Notes under the pieces: generated by a model
Database searches by the model: none
Seen by the model: the letters and a program-made list of their open reading frames with translations, nothing else
Told to the model about the DNA's origin: nothing
NCBI GenBank assembly: GCA_017456985.1
Contig: JAFTIH010000031.1
Coordinates: 130,421-192,710 of the forward strand
Reading direction: 5' to 3'
Length of the DNA stretch: 62,290 nucleotides
From: Clostridia bacterium
GTDB lineage: Bacteria; Bacillota; Clostridia; Oscillospirales; CAG-272
Shown here: piece after piece, positions 9,206-16,746 of the stretch
Numbering within the stretch: the stretch's first letter is position 1
Layout: each line of letters begins with the position of its first letter
Program-made: the position numbers and the translations under genes

Positions 9206-9249
9206 CCCCCAGCCCCCATCTACCACGCGGTTGCTTGCTACGTCTATGC

Positions 9250-9322
9250 AACCGCGGAAAATTGGAAAATTGGAAGTGGTTTCCACCACTAAGTAACCGC
9301 GGAAATATGGAAATATGGAAAT
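9250..9322. repeat. two 26-nt units AACCGCGGAAAWWTGGAAAWWTGGAA, each holding tandem 8-mers
   Basis: GGAAAATT x2.5 at 9256-9275. GGAAATAT x2.5 at 9301-9322. Units start at 9250 and 9295. Confidence 0.85.
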
Positions 9323-9399
9323 CCACGGTCACGAATCTCATCCAACGGAGCGCACGCACGGCAGTAAAGGCAGCTCCGGTGGATAAAGCGCGAAAAGGC

Positions 9400-9428
9400 T
9401 TGACAAATACGCGCGCGTATGATATAAT
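9400..9428 (+). promoter_or_regulatory. consensus sigma-A promoter (TTGACA-17-TGaTATAAT) driving repeat copy 2 and a long leader
   Basis: TTGACA 9400-9405, 17-nt spacer, TG 9420-9421, TATAAT 9423-9428. Confidence 0.65.
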
Positions 9429-9439
9429 AACTTATATAC

Positions 9440-9563
9440 GGCAAACAAACGCCCAAAGTCCGAAAAACGGCAAAAAGCCGCCTTCACACGCGGAAAAGTC
9501 AGAGGGAAAGCCGAAAAATCCCTTTTAGGTACTTCCCCCAATTATACAAAAGTTGCATTTTGT
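9440..9563. repeat. direct repeat copy 2 (124 nt), running into a perfect 14-bp hairpin at 9538-9571
   Basis: See copy 1. Hairpin CCAATTATACAAAA-GTTGCA-TTTTGTATAATTGG is complete only in this copy. Confidence 0.9.
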
Positions 9564-9747
9564 ATAATTGGATAGATATCGAAAAGGATGCGTTTTTTCT
9601 TTCCCTATCCCAAGGCCGGTTCTGATTTTACACAGTACACAAGGCAGTCAACACCCTTTTATTCGTATTACCCACCTTGCGTTATAACTTTGGTCTTTGG
9701 TTCCCAACGTCTTACTTATAAAAAATATAAACATGGAGGACTATCCT

Positions 9748-10161
9748 ATGAAAATGCGCGCACTTGTTGTTAGCGGAAAAGGCAAGCTGAAAGCAATTGG
9801 TGAAATGCTTGCTAAAAACGGTACGTATGCCGCTGACGTGATTCCCCCTGCATACTCGTGCGACCGCGAGCGCCTGGTCGTAATTATCGCTTCACTCAAA
9901 TCTTCTATGCCCGATTCCTTCCGTCGCTTCTGCCAAGAGCTTTCCAAGGACAAGGCACAGAACGTTGCCCTCATCGTCGACGGCAAAGAGGCTGATGCAA
10001 AGATGGTATCCGGTTGGATCGCTGCGGCCGGCGCAAACGTTATTGATAACGTTTTGTACTTCCCCGTAAGCTTCTTTGCTTCCTTCTCCAAAAATCTTAC
10101 CCCCGACGAGATCACCAAGGTCAACGAGTGGTACGATGCGGTTATCGCCGCTCTGAACTGA
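9748..10161 (+). CDS. hypothetical protein (flavodoxin-like alpha/beta pattern, family not recognised)
   Basis: ORF 9697..10161. ATG 9748 (MKMRALVVSG) follows GGAGG with a 7-nt spacer. Terminator follows directly. Confidence 0.7.
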   Translation: MKMRALVVSGKGKLKAIGEMLAKNGTYAADVIPPAYSCDRERLVVIIASLKSSMPDSFRRFCQELSKDKAQNVALIVDGKEADAKMVSGWIAAAGANVIDNVLYFPVSFFASFSKNLTPDEITKVNEWYDAVIAALN

Positions 10162-10170
10162 TCAAAGCTG

Positions 10171-10200
10171 AAAAAACTCCGATAACTTCGGAGTTTTTTC
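10171..10200 (+). terminator. intrinsic terminator
   Basis: ACTCCG/CGGAGT stem plus T6. Confidence 0.7.
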
Positions 10201-10220
10201 TTTTACTACGTTGGATAAGC

Positions 10221-10256
10221 AAAAAGCGCCTGACAGATGTCAGGCGCTTTTATTTT
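10221..10256 (-). terminator. intrinsic terminator (bidirectional) after the Cys-rich protein gene
   Basis: GCGCCTGAC/GTCAGGCGC 9-bp stem flanked by A5 and a T-rich run. Confidence 0.75.
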
Positions 10257-10262
10257 CAAGAA

Positions 10263-10676
10263 TTATTCCTCGTCGCAACCTTCGCAGCAATCGCACTCGC
10301 CGTCGCAAACTGCGTCAAACTCTTCCCCACACGCAGGGCAGATCAGCTCTTCGGGGTCGCAAGACTCGTCAAAGCAGATAACCTCACCACAAGCGGGACA
10401 AGTAACCTCGTAGCAGTCGTCATCGTCGTCGCAATCGCACTCATCGTCGTCGTCATCCGAGAAGAGGTATTCCTCAACGTCGCCAAGGTCTGCATCCAGC
10501 TCGTCTGCGTAATCGGTCAGCTCGTCACAACGGTCCTCAAGAAGCTCAATCGTGCCTGCCATGTCGGCAACAAGGTCAAGAAGCTTACTGATCAGCTTGT
10601 CGTTGGGGGTTTCGGTACCGATATTAAGTCCCTCTGCAAGGCCCTTCAGGTATGCGGCTTTTTCGCTCAGTTTCAT
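10263..10676 (-). CDS. hyper-acidic Cys-rich zinc-ribbon protein (hypothetical)
   Basis: 137 aa. N-terminal helical part, then DDDDDECDCDDDDDC and two CPACGE motifs plus a CDGECDCCEGC tail. SD present. Confidence 0.75.
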   Translation of the reverse strand: MKLSEKAAYLKGLAEGLNIGTETPNDKLISKLLDLVADMAGTIELLEDRCDELTDYADELDADLGDVEEYLFSDDDDDECDCDDDDDCYEVTCPACGEVICFDESCDPEELICPACGEEFDAVCDGECDCCEGCDEE

Positions 10677-10715
10677 AAGAACACTTCCCTTCTTGTATCA
10701 ATCTTTGATTATTCC

Positions 10716-11273
10716 TTATGCTCTTTCAAGATATTCGCCAACGCGGGTATCTACGCGGATCACGTCACCGATGTTGATGAAGATCGGAACACGGATCACA
10801 GCGCCCGTCTCAAGCGTTGCGCTCTTCTGAACGTTGGTAGCGGTATCGCCACGTACGCCAGGCTCCGTATCGGTTACCTCGAGCTCTACAAAGAAAGGAG
10901 GCTCAACGGCAAACACGTTACCCTTGTAAGAAATGATCTTGCAAACGGTATTTTCCTTAACGAATCTGAAGTTGTCGCCCAGCTTGTCTGCGTTCAGAGG
11001 AAGCTGATCGTAGGTCTCATTATCCATAAAGTAATACAGATCGCCATCCGTGTAGAGATACTGCATATCCTTACGCTCGATGATCGCATTCTCAAACTTC
11101 TCGGTCGGGTTGAAGGACTTTTCAACGATACCGCCCGTGATGACGTTCTTCATCTTCGTTCTGACGAATGCAGCACCCTTACCGGGCTTTACGTGCTGGA
11201 ACTCAACGACCTGCCATACGCCGCCGTCGTACTCAAAGGTAACGCCATTTCTAAAATCGCCTGCTGTAACCAT
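10716..11273 (-). CDS. efp: elongation factor P
   Basis: ORF 10716..11282. [14 protein letters not shown] loop. ATG 11273 sits 5 nt after AAAGGTGG (the GTG at 11282 lies inside the SD). Confidence 0.93.
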   Translation of the reverse strand: MVTAGDFRNGVTFEYDGGVWQVVEFQHVKPGKGAAFVRTKMKNVITGGIVEKSFNPTEKFENAIIERKDMQYLYTDGDLYYFMDNETYDQLPLNADKLGDNFRFVKENTVCKIISYKGNVFAVEPPFFVELEVTDTEPGVRGDTATNVQKSATLETGAVIRVPIFINIGDVIRVDTRVGEYLERA

Positions 11274-11465
11274 ATTATCCACCTTTTGTAGCGGTCAGTC
11301 GTATTTGTGGAAAAAGTGTCTCGCAAAGCCGCCACTCTTTTGCGCTTTTTCCGATGAAAGAGGGATAACCCCTCATAACATATCTAGTTTATTATATAAC
11401 AAATTTACACATTTTGCAAGGGTTTTGCGAAAAAATCTTTGGTTTTCGTGAAAATATTGGCAAAA

Positions 11466-12533
11466 TCAGAACAGTTCGATCAATTCCTTGGGGCTATGCG
11501 TGAAATTATCGAAGCCATCGTGCAAAATTACGCCCATATCCTCAATACGACACCCATACTTCCCTGCCAAATAGATTCCCGGCTCTACGGTAACCACGTT
11601 TCCTTCCGACAAAATGCGCTCTGCAGCCACGGGAGAGAGCGAGGGGGACTCGTGAATATCAAGCCCGACGCCGTGTCCGAGGCTGTGTCCAAAGGCGCCG
11701 TGGTAGCCGCCGCCTTCAATGATGTCACGCGCGACCTTGTCCGCCGCAGCACAGCTGACGCCCTCTTTCAAAAAGCAAAGAGCCGCCTCTTGTGCCTCTA
11801 AAACCGTGCGGTACAGACGCTTCATTTCACCGTCTGCCTTTCCGATCACGACGGTGCGCGTCATATCGGAGCAGTAATTTTCGTAAATACACCCAAAATC
11901 CAAGGTTAAAAACCCTGCGGAAAGCGGTTGATTTCTGCACTTACCGTGCGGCAGAGCGCTTGCATCACCCGAAACGGCAATGATGTCGAAGCTGTTACCC
12001 GAGGCGCCGTTTTTCTGCATAAAGTACGAAAGCTCCAAGGCAATCTCCGTTTCCGTCATTGAGGGCTGCATCACCGAAAGCAAGTGCGAAAAGGCGCGAT
12101 CTGCAATCCCCTGCGCCGTTTTTATTTTTGCCACTTCCTCTGCACTTTTTACAGCGCGCATTTCGGTTAACAGGTCCGCCATCGGGATCAGCGAAGCCGT
12201 CAGGGCGTCCTGAAAGCGGTGATACCGGGCAACCGTCAAGGATGTGCTTTCAAAGCCGACACTCCGAACTTTGTTTTTTCGATTGTGTTCCTCCAAAAAT
12301 GCCATACGGTCCTTGGGCATCACACAAGAAAAATCCTTCGCCGCATTCGCCTGTGCTTCCTCGATATAGCGAAAATCTGTTACAAGGAACGCGTTTTCAG
12401 CGTCAATATACAAAAACCCGTCCGTATAGAAAAAATCGCACAGATAGCCTATATTTTTTTCATTTGTGATCAATGCCGCATCGATCTCTCGCAAGGCGAG
12501 CTGCTTGCGGAACGCTTCTAATTTATTTTGCAT
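11466..12533 (-). CDS. Xaa-Pro aminopeptidase (M24 family)
   Basis: Creatinase-like N-terminal domain plus M24 metal ligands (HSLGHGVGLDIHE, VEPG, IED). Confidence 0.9.
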   Translation of the reverse strand: MQNKLEAFRKQLALREIDAALITNEKNIGYLCDFFYTDGFLYIDAENAFLVTDFRYIEEAQANAAKDFSCVMPKDRMAFLEEHNRKNKVRSVGFESTSLTVARYHRFQDALTASLIPMADLLTEMRAVKSAEEVAKIKTAQGIADRAFSHLLSVMQPSMTETEIALELSYFMQKNGASGNSFDIIAVSGDASALPHGKCRNQPLSAGFLTLDFGCIYENYCSDMTRTVVIGKADGEMKRLYRTVLEAQEAALCFLKEGVSCAAADKVARDIIEGGGYHGAFGHSLGHGVGLDIHESPSLSPVAAERILSEGNVVTVEPGIYLAGKYGCRIEDMGVILHDGFDNFTHSPKELIELF

Positions 12534-12547
12534 CCTGCTTTCCTACT

Positions 12548-13405
12548 TTAGTGCAAAGAGTAATAATGCTTTTTCATCGCCAGGGCGTCCTCGGACTGTG
12601 TCCCAGCCGACTCACAAATAATGGTAGGCGTCAGCTTTTCACGGTAGAGCGCCTCCATTAAGGGCTCAAAATCAGGACCGTAAAGGCTGTCTTCAAACGT
12701 CAAATGGCGTTTTTCGCCCGCGCCCGTCCATTCAATTTTTGAAAAATGACAATGTAAATTCTTGGCAGAATCATCCCCGAGCGCCAGTGCGATCTCGTCA
12801 AACACACGACGGTAATCATCAGCGCTCTGAAAAACACCGCCAAGGTCACGGGCGTTCATATGTCCGAAATCCACAACGGGCTGGAGGCGCGGATCCATCT
12901 TACACAGAGAAATTACCTCGGAAAGCGTGCCAAGCTGATTGACCTTTCCCATCGTTTCAAGCCCGATCGCAATTCCCTGCGGATCAAGCTCTTCAAGCGT
13001 ACGTGCAAGCGTATCCGCAGCAAGCGCAAGCGCCTCTTGTCGCGTGATCTTAGCGGCAGAGCCCGTATGCACGACGATGGTATCCGCACCCAAAAGCGCG
13101 GCGGCGTGTAAGCTTTCCTCGATATATCCGATGCTCTTATAACGCGTTTCGGGTACGACGCCGGAGAGCGAAATAAAATACGGTGCGTGAACGGACACGT
13201 AAATTCCCTCTTCCCTAGCACGGCGACCAAGCTCTGCCAGCACCGCGTCCGAGGAGGTCACGCCCCGTCCCGCTTCATATTCGTACGCATCAAGACCGAT
13301 CGAAGCCACCCACGAGGGCGCATCCACCGTCTTCAAGCGGGTGCGCTGAAATGCTTCACTGTTTCCACCCGGTCCAAACACGGGAGCCGTTCTGTTACTT
13401 TTCAT
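12548..13405 (-). CDS. endonuclease IV-like TIM-barrel protein (AP endonuclease 2 / xylose isomerase-like fold)
   Basis: ORF 12548..13606. Homologous part starts at MKSNRTAPVFGPGG (ATG 13405). HAPY, VVHTG, GLETMG and FGH motifs. Overlaps the yqeG stop by 11 nt. Confidence 0.8.
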   Translation of the reverse strand: MKSNRTAPVFGPGGNSEAFQRTRLKTVDAPSWVASIGLDAYEYEAGRGVTSSDAVLAELGRRAREEGIYVSVHAPYFISLSGVVPETRYKSIGYIEESLHAAALLGADTIVVHTGSAAKITRQEALALAADTLARTLEELDPQGIAIGLETMGKVNQLGTLSEVISLCKMDPRLQPVVDFGHMNARDLGGVFQSADDYRRVFDEIALALGDDSAKNLHCHFSKIEWTGAGEKRHLTFEDSLYGPDFEPLMEALYREKLTPTIICESAGTQSEDALAMKKHYYSLH

Positions 13406-13907
13406 TGTTTTTCTTTTCCTTCTTTTTATAGTATGCACGCTTGATGGGACGCTCCAAAAGGCGCTTAAAGCGCGTGAAGGGATCGCGTTTGTCCTTGATG
13501 GGCGGAACGAGTACGGTATAGATCCCCAAAAAACGCCCTGCAAGCGTGTCGGTAAAGATCTGGTCACCCATATTGGCGGTATGCTCCCTATCGGCGCCCA
13601 TAGCACGCATCGCCTTTTTCATATTGCGGCGAAAGGGCTTACAGCTGTTTGCAAAGGCGGGATATTTTAACGCTTCGTTAAACTTTAATAAACGCGGTCT
13701 GTGATTGTTCGTCACAAAGGATACCGCAATATCTGCCGCCTTCAGCTCTTCCAGCCAAGCAAGAACGGCAGGACGCGGTACGTCCTCCTCGTACGGAATC
13801 AACGTATTATCCACGTCAAGGATCAAATACCGTATTCCCTTTTCTTTTAAAAGATCTACGGTAAGCGCATCAAAAGAATCTAAAATCAGATCCGGTGTAA
13901 ATTTCAT
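13395..13907 (-). CDS. yqeG: YqeG family HAD-IIIA phosphatase
   Basis: LDVDNTL catalytic motif. Size and order match the Firmicute yqeG gene. Confidence 0.88.
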   Translation of the reverse strand: MKFTPDLILDSFDALTVDLLKEKGIRYLILDVDNTLIPYEEDVPRPAVLAWLEELKAADIAVSFVTNNHRPRLLKFNEALKYPAFANSCKPFRRNMKKAMRAMGADREHTANMGDQIFTDTLAGRFLGIYTVLVPPIKDKRDPFTRFKRLLERPIKRAYYKKKEKKNNEK

Positions 13908-14036
13908 AAGATACCATTCCGTTTCCTAATCAACGTAATCCATCCTCACAAGCGAGGTTCTTCGTATATTATAACATACCACCAAAAGATATGCAAGATT
14001 TTGTGTGTTTTTTTCTTATTTTTTTCGTTTTTACTC

Positions 14037-14065
14037 TTGACTTTTCGAAAGAGTTGTGGTATTAT
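14037..14065 (+). promoter_or_regulatory. promoter of the tRNA cluster (TTGACT-17-TGgTATTAT)
   Basis: TTGACT 14037-14042, 17-nt spacer, TG 14057-14058, TATTAT 14060-14065. Confidence 0.55.
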
Positions 14066-14094
14066 AATTAGGCGTGAGAAAATCGGTATGTTAT

Positions 14095-14170
14095 GCGCCC
14101 GTAGCTCAGTGGATAGAGTGCCCGGCTACGAACCGGTAGGTCGCAGGTTCGAATCCTGCCGGGCGCGCCA
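14095..14170 (+). tRNA. tRNA-Arg (ACG), CCA encoded
   Basis: Manual cloverleaf: acceptor GCGCCCG/CGGGCGC, anticodon loop CTACGAA, T-arm GCAGG-TTCGAAT-CCTGC. Confidence 0.93.
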
Positions 14171-14185
14171 TACCTTCTCACACAC

Positions 14186-14259
<74 letters not shown>

Positions 14260-14264
14260 TATTT

Positions 14265-14340
14265 GCGCCCGTAGCTCAGTGGATAGAGTGCCCGGCTACG
14301 AACCGGTAGGTCGCAGGTTCGAATCCTGCCGGGCGCGCCA
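14265..14340 (+). tRNA. tRNA-Arg (ACG), identical second copy
   Basis: All 76 nt identical to 14095-14170. Confidence 0.93.
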
Positions 14341-14341
14341 A

Positions 14342-14370
14342 AACGGTAAGCTTCGGGCTTGCCGTTTTTT
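14342..14370 (+). terminator. intrinsic terminator of the tRNA cluster
   Basis: AACGGTAAGC/GCTTGCCGTT stem (one G-U) running into T6. Confidence 0.8.
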
Positions 14371-14401
14371 CTTATTCCAATACTGAAAAGGAGATCGTAT
14401 T

Positions 14402-14701
14402 ATGGTAAAACACGTCATTCTTTGGAAATTAAAGAGCGAATACAATACCGACGCTATCAAAACGGATATGAAGCAGTCGCTCGAAGCGCTTGTGGGCGTT
14501 GTTCCCGGGCTTTTGTCCCTTCACGTTCAGATCACCGCTCTTAGCACCTCTGCAAACGCCGACGTGATGTTGGATTCCACGTTTGAAAGCCCTGAGGCGC
14601 TCGCAGGATATGCCAAGCACCCCGCACACGTTTTGGCGGCAGACACGAAGGTGCGTCCCTTCACGGAAAGCCGTGCGTGCTTGGATTTTATCGTAGAATA
14701 A
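14402..14701 (+). CDS. Dabb (stress-responsive alpha/beta barrel) family protein
   Basis: 99 aa. MVKHVILWKLK start typical of Dabb proteins. SD AAAGGAG. Confidence 0.85.
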   Translation: MVKHVILWKLKSEYNTDAIKTDMKQSLEALVGVVPGLLSLHVQITALSTSANADVMLDSTFESPEALAGYAKHPAHVLAADTKVRPFTESRACLDFIVE

Positions 14702-14711
14702 TCCCCTCTTA

Positions 14712-14746
14712 CAAAAAGAAAAAGCCCTTTCGGGCTTTTTCTTTTT
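14712..14746. terminator. bidirectional intrinsic terminator (Dabb gene / rpsU)
   Basis: AAAAGCCC-TTTC-GGGCTTTT hairpin flanked by A-rich and T-rich runs. Confidence 0.8.
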
Positions 14747-14749
14747 AAA

Positions 14750-14926
14750 TTACTTGTATTTACGCTTTCTGGCAGCTTCCGACTTCTTCTTGCGCTTTAC
14801 GCTGGGCTTCTCATAGCACTCTCTCTTACGGAGCTCGGTGAGAACGCCGGACTTTGCGCACTGACGCTTAAAACGACGGAGTGCATTATCCAGAGATTCG
14901 TTTTCTTTAACTCTGATTTCAGCCAT
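14750..14926 (-). CDS. rpsU: 30S ribosomal protein S21
   Basis: Not in the ORF track (58 aa). Manual translation: [67 protein letters not shown]. Confidence 0.92.
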   Translation of the reverse strand: MAEIRVKENESLDNALRRFKRQCAKSGVLTELRKRECYEKPSVKRKKKSEAARKRKYK

Positions 14927-15035
14927 CTTATTTTCCCTCCCCTCGGGTTGACGAAGAGATAGTATCTATCTCAATATAACAAAAGTATTATAAACAATTT
15001 TTTTCAATTTGTCAAGATGTTTTTGAAAAAAAGTT

Positions 15036-15887
15036 TTATTTTAGGCTTTCCTTCGCTGCCGTTAAGGTATTGTAAAGAAGCATCGTAACCGTCATCGGAC
15101 CAACGCCGCCCGGCACGGGAGTAATGGCATACGCCTTTTCCTTCACAGCTTCAAAGTCTACATCACCGCAAAGCGTACCGTCGGCAAGGCGATTGATACC
15201 AACGTCGATCACCACAGCACCATCCTTGACCATATCCGCACGAACGAAACGTGCTCTGCCGACAGCCGCTACCAGGATATCAGCCTGCCGCGTAATATCC
15301 GCCAGATTTTTCGTTTTCGAGTGGCAAACTGTAACCGTACCGTTCTTTTCGAGCAACAGCATTGCCTGCGGTTTTCCGACGATATTGCTTCGTCCGATCA
15401 CCACGCAGTGCTTCCCTGCTACCTCAATGCCGTAGCGTTCAAGTAGCGCCATCACCCCTGCGGGCGTGCAGGGCAAAAAGTGATAATTTCCGATCATAAT
15501 GTGACCGACGTTTTCGGCGTGGAATGCATCTACGTCCTTTTTGGGCGAAATAGAGGCAATCACCTTTTCCTCGGAAATATGGGAAGGAAGCGGAAGCTGA
15601 ACGAGAATGCCGTGAATGGCTTCGTCCGCATTCAGTTTGCGCACGAGCGCAAGAAGCTCCTCCTCCGTCGTTTCTTCCGCAAGACGGAAGGTTTCCGAAT
15701 GGATCCCGACCGCCGCACAGGCGTTTTCCTTGTTGCGCACGTAAACGGCGGATGCAGGGTTGTTTCCCACGATGATCACGGCAAGCCCCGGGGTAACGCC
15801 CGTTTGGCTGATAAATGCATCGATCTTGCCCTTTAACTCTTCTTTCATCGCCAGCGAAGTGGCTTTTCCGTCAATGATAATAGCCAT
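15036..15887 (-). CDS. folD: bifunctional methylenetetrahydrofolate dehydrogenase / methenyltetrahydrofolate cyclohydrolase
   Basis: ORF 15036..15995. Canonical N-terminus MAIIIDGKA at ATG 15887. GRSNIVGKP and PGGVGPMT motifs. Confidence 0.92.
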   Translation of the reverse strand: MAIIIDGKATSLAMKEELKGKIDAFISQTGVTPGLAVIIVGNNPASAVYVRNKENACAAVGIHSETFRLAEETTEEELLALVRKLNADEAIHGILVQLPLPSHISEEKVIASISPKKDVDAFHAENVGHIMIGNYHFLPCTPAGVMALLERYGIEVAGKHCVVIGRSNIVGKPQAMLLLEKNGTVTVCHSKTKNLADITRQADILVAAVGRARFVRADMVKDGAVVIDVGINRLADGTLCGDVDFEAVKEKAYAITPVPGGVGPMTVTMLLYNTLTAAKESLK

Positions 15888-15891
15888 AGCT

Positions 15892-16746
15892 TTACTTTTC
15901 TCCCTCTTTATGCGTCCCGATCTTACGAAACAGCATATCGGTTTTTGTAAAATGGTGGTACAGCAAAAGCGCCGCGCCAAGCACGAAGAACACAAGACCT
16001 AATACCTGCGAGATCCGAAAAGGACCGACGTAGAGGCTGTCCGTGCGAAGCCCTTCGATCAGCATCCGACCAAAGCCGTACCACGCAAAGACCATTAAAA
16101 AGATCTGTCCGTCATACTTCTTATGCGTTTTTTCGGGCTTCAGTCCGTAAAACAGGTTGATCAGGATAAACCCAAGCAAATTCCAAAGCGATTCGTATAA
16201 GAAGGTCGGGTGAACAAAGATCCATTCTCCGCCCTTGAATAATCCCATACGCCACGGAAGCGTCGTTGCCGAGCCGTATGCCTCGGCGTTAAAGAAATTG
16301 CCCCAGCGCCCTAAGATCTGACCGATCAGAACGGCGGGTGTGATCATATCCGCGAGCTTGAAAAAGGAGATCTTTTTGAAGTGTGCCATAATGATCACCG
16401 CCAAAGCGCCGCCGATAATACCGCCGTAAATGGCAAGCCCACCACCGCGAATATTAAAGACGTCGGCGAAGCTGTCAAACTGATCGAGCGACGTCAAAAC
16501 GTAATAAAGGCGCGCGCCGACAACCCCCATCGGAACGACGAGAAGCGCAATATCCAAGATCGTGTCACCGGAAATTCCCACTTGGCGTGCGCGCCACATA
16601 ACGTAGAGCACGGCAAGGATGATGCCAAAGGTGATGATGACCCCGTAGTATGCCACGGAAAAATCACCGATCCGAAACGCAACGGAATCCAGCGAAAACG
16701 GTTCGATTCCGAGTCCCGGGAAGGAAATTTGTGAGGTTTTCAGCAT
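15892..16746 (-). CDS. lgt: prolipoprotein diacylglyceryl transferase
   Basis: Lgt-like polytopic membrane protein with GRWGNFFN motif. Confidence 0.9.
   Translation of the reverse strand: MLKTSQISFPGLGIEPFSLDSVAFRIGDFSVAYYGVIITFGIILAVLYVMWRARQVGISGDTILDIALLVVPMGVVGARLYYVLTSLDQFDSFADVFNIRGGGLAIYGGIIGGALAVIIMAHFKKISFFKLADMITPAVLIGQILGRWGNFFNAEAYGSATTLPWRMGLFKGGEWIFVHPTFLYESLWNLLGFILINLFYGLKPEKTHKKYDGQIFLMVFAWYGFGRMLIEGLRTDSLYVGPFRISQVLGLVFFVLGAALLLYHHFTKTDMLFRKIGTHKEGEK

Noticed and set aside
9103-9217. G-quadruplex on the minus strand from the C-runs
   Set aside because: The runs come in two close pairs separated by ~30-nt A/T-rich loops. That is too long for a canonical intramolecular G4, so the mirror-repeat/H-DNA description fits better.
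9250-9322. Tandem repeats checked as a possible CRISPR array
   Set aside because: The units are 8 nt (inside 26-nt modules) with no spacers of 25-40 nt, only two modules are present, and there are no cas genes in the window.
8198-9541. Small ORFs inside the intergenic island: 8198-8389, 8215-8412, 8331-8525, 8386-8688(-), 8539-8736, 8865-9047, 9032-9289(-), 9108-9359(-), 9110-9292, 9235-9528, 9338-9541(-)
   Set aside because: None has an SD at a proper distance, and several start with GTG or TTG. The frames crossing the two repeat copies are shifted by the 1-nt indels. The poly-Phe/Gly and poly-Lys stretches are just translations of the homopurine mirror repeat.
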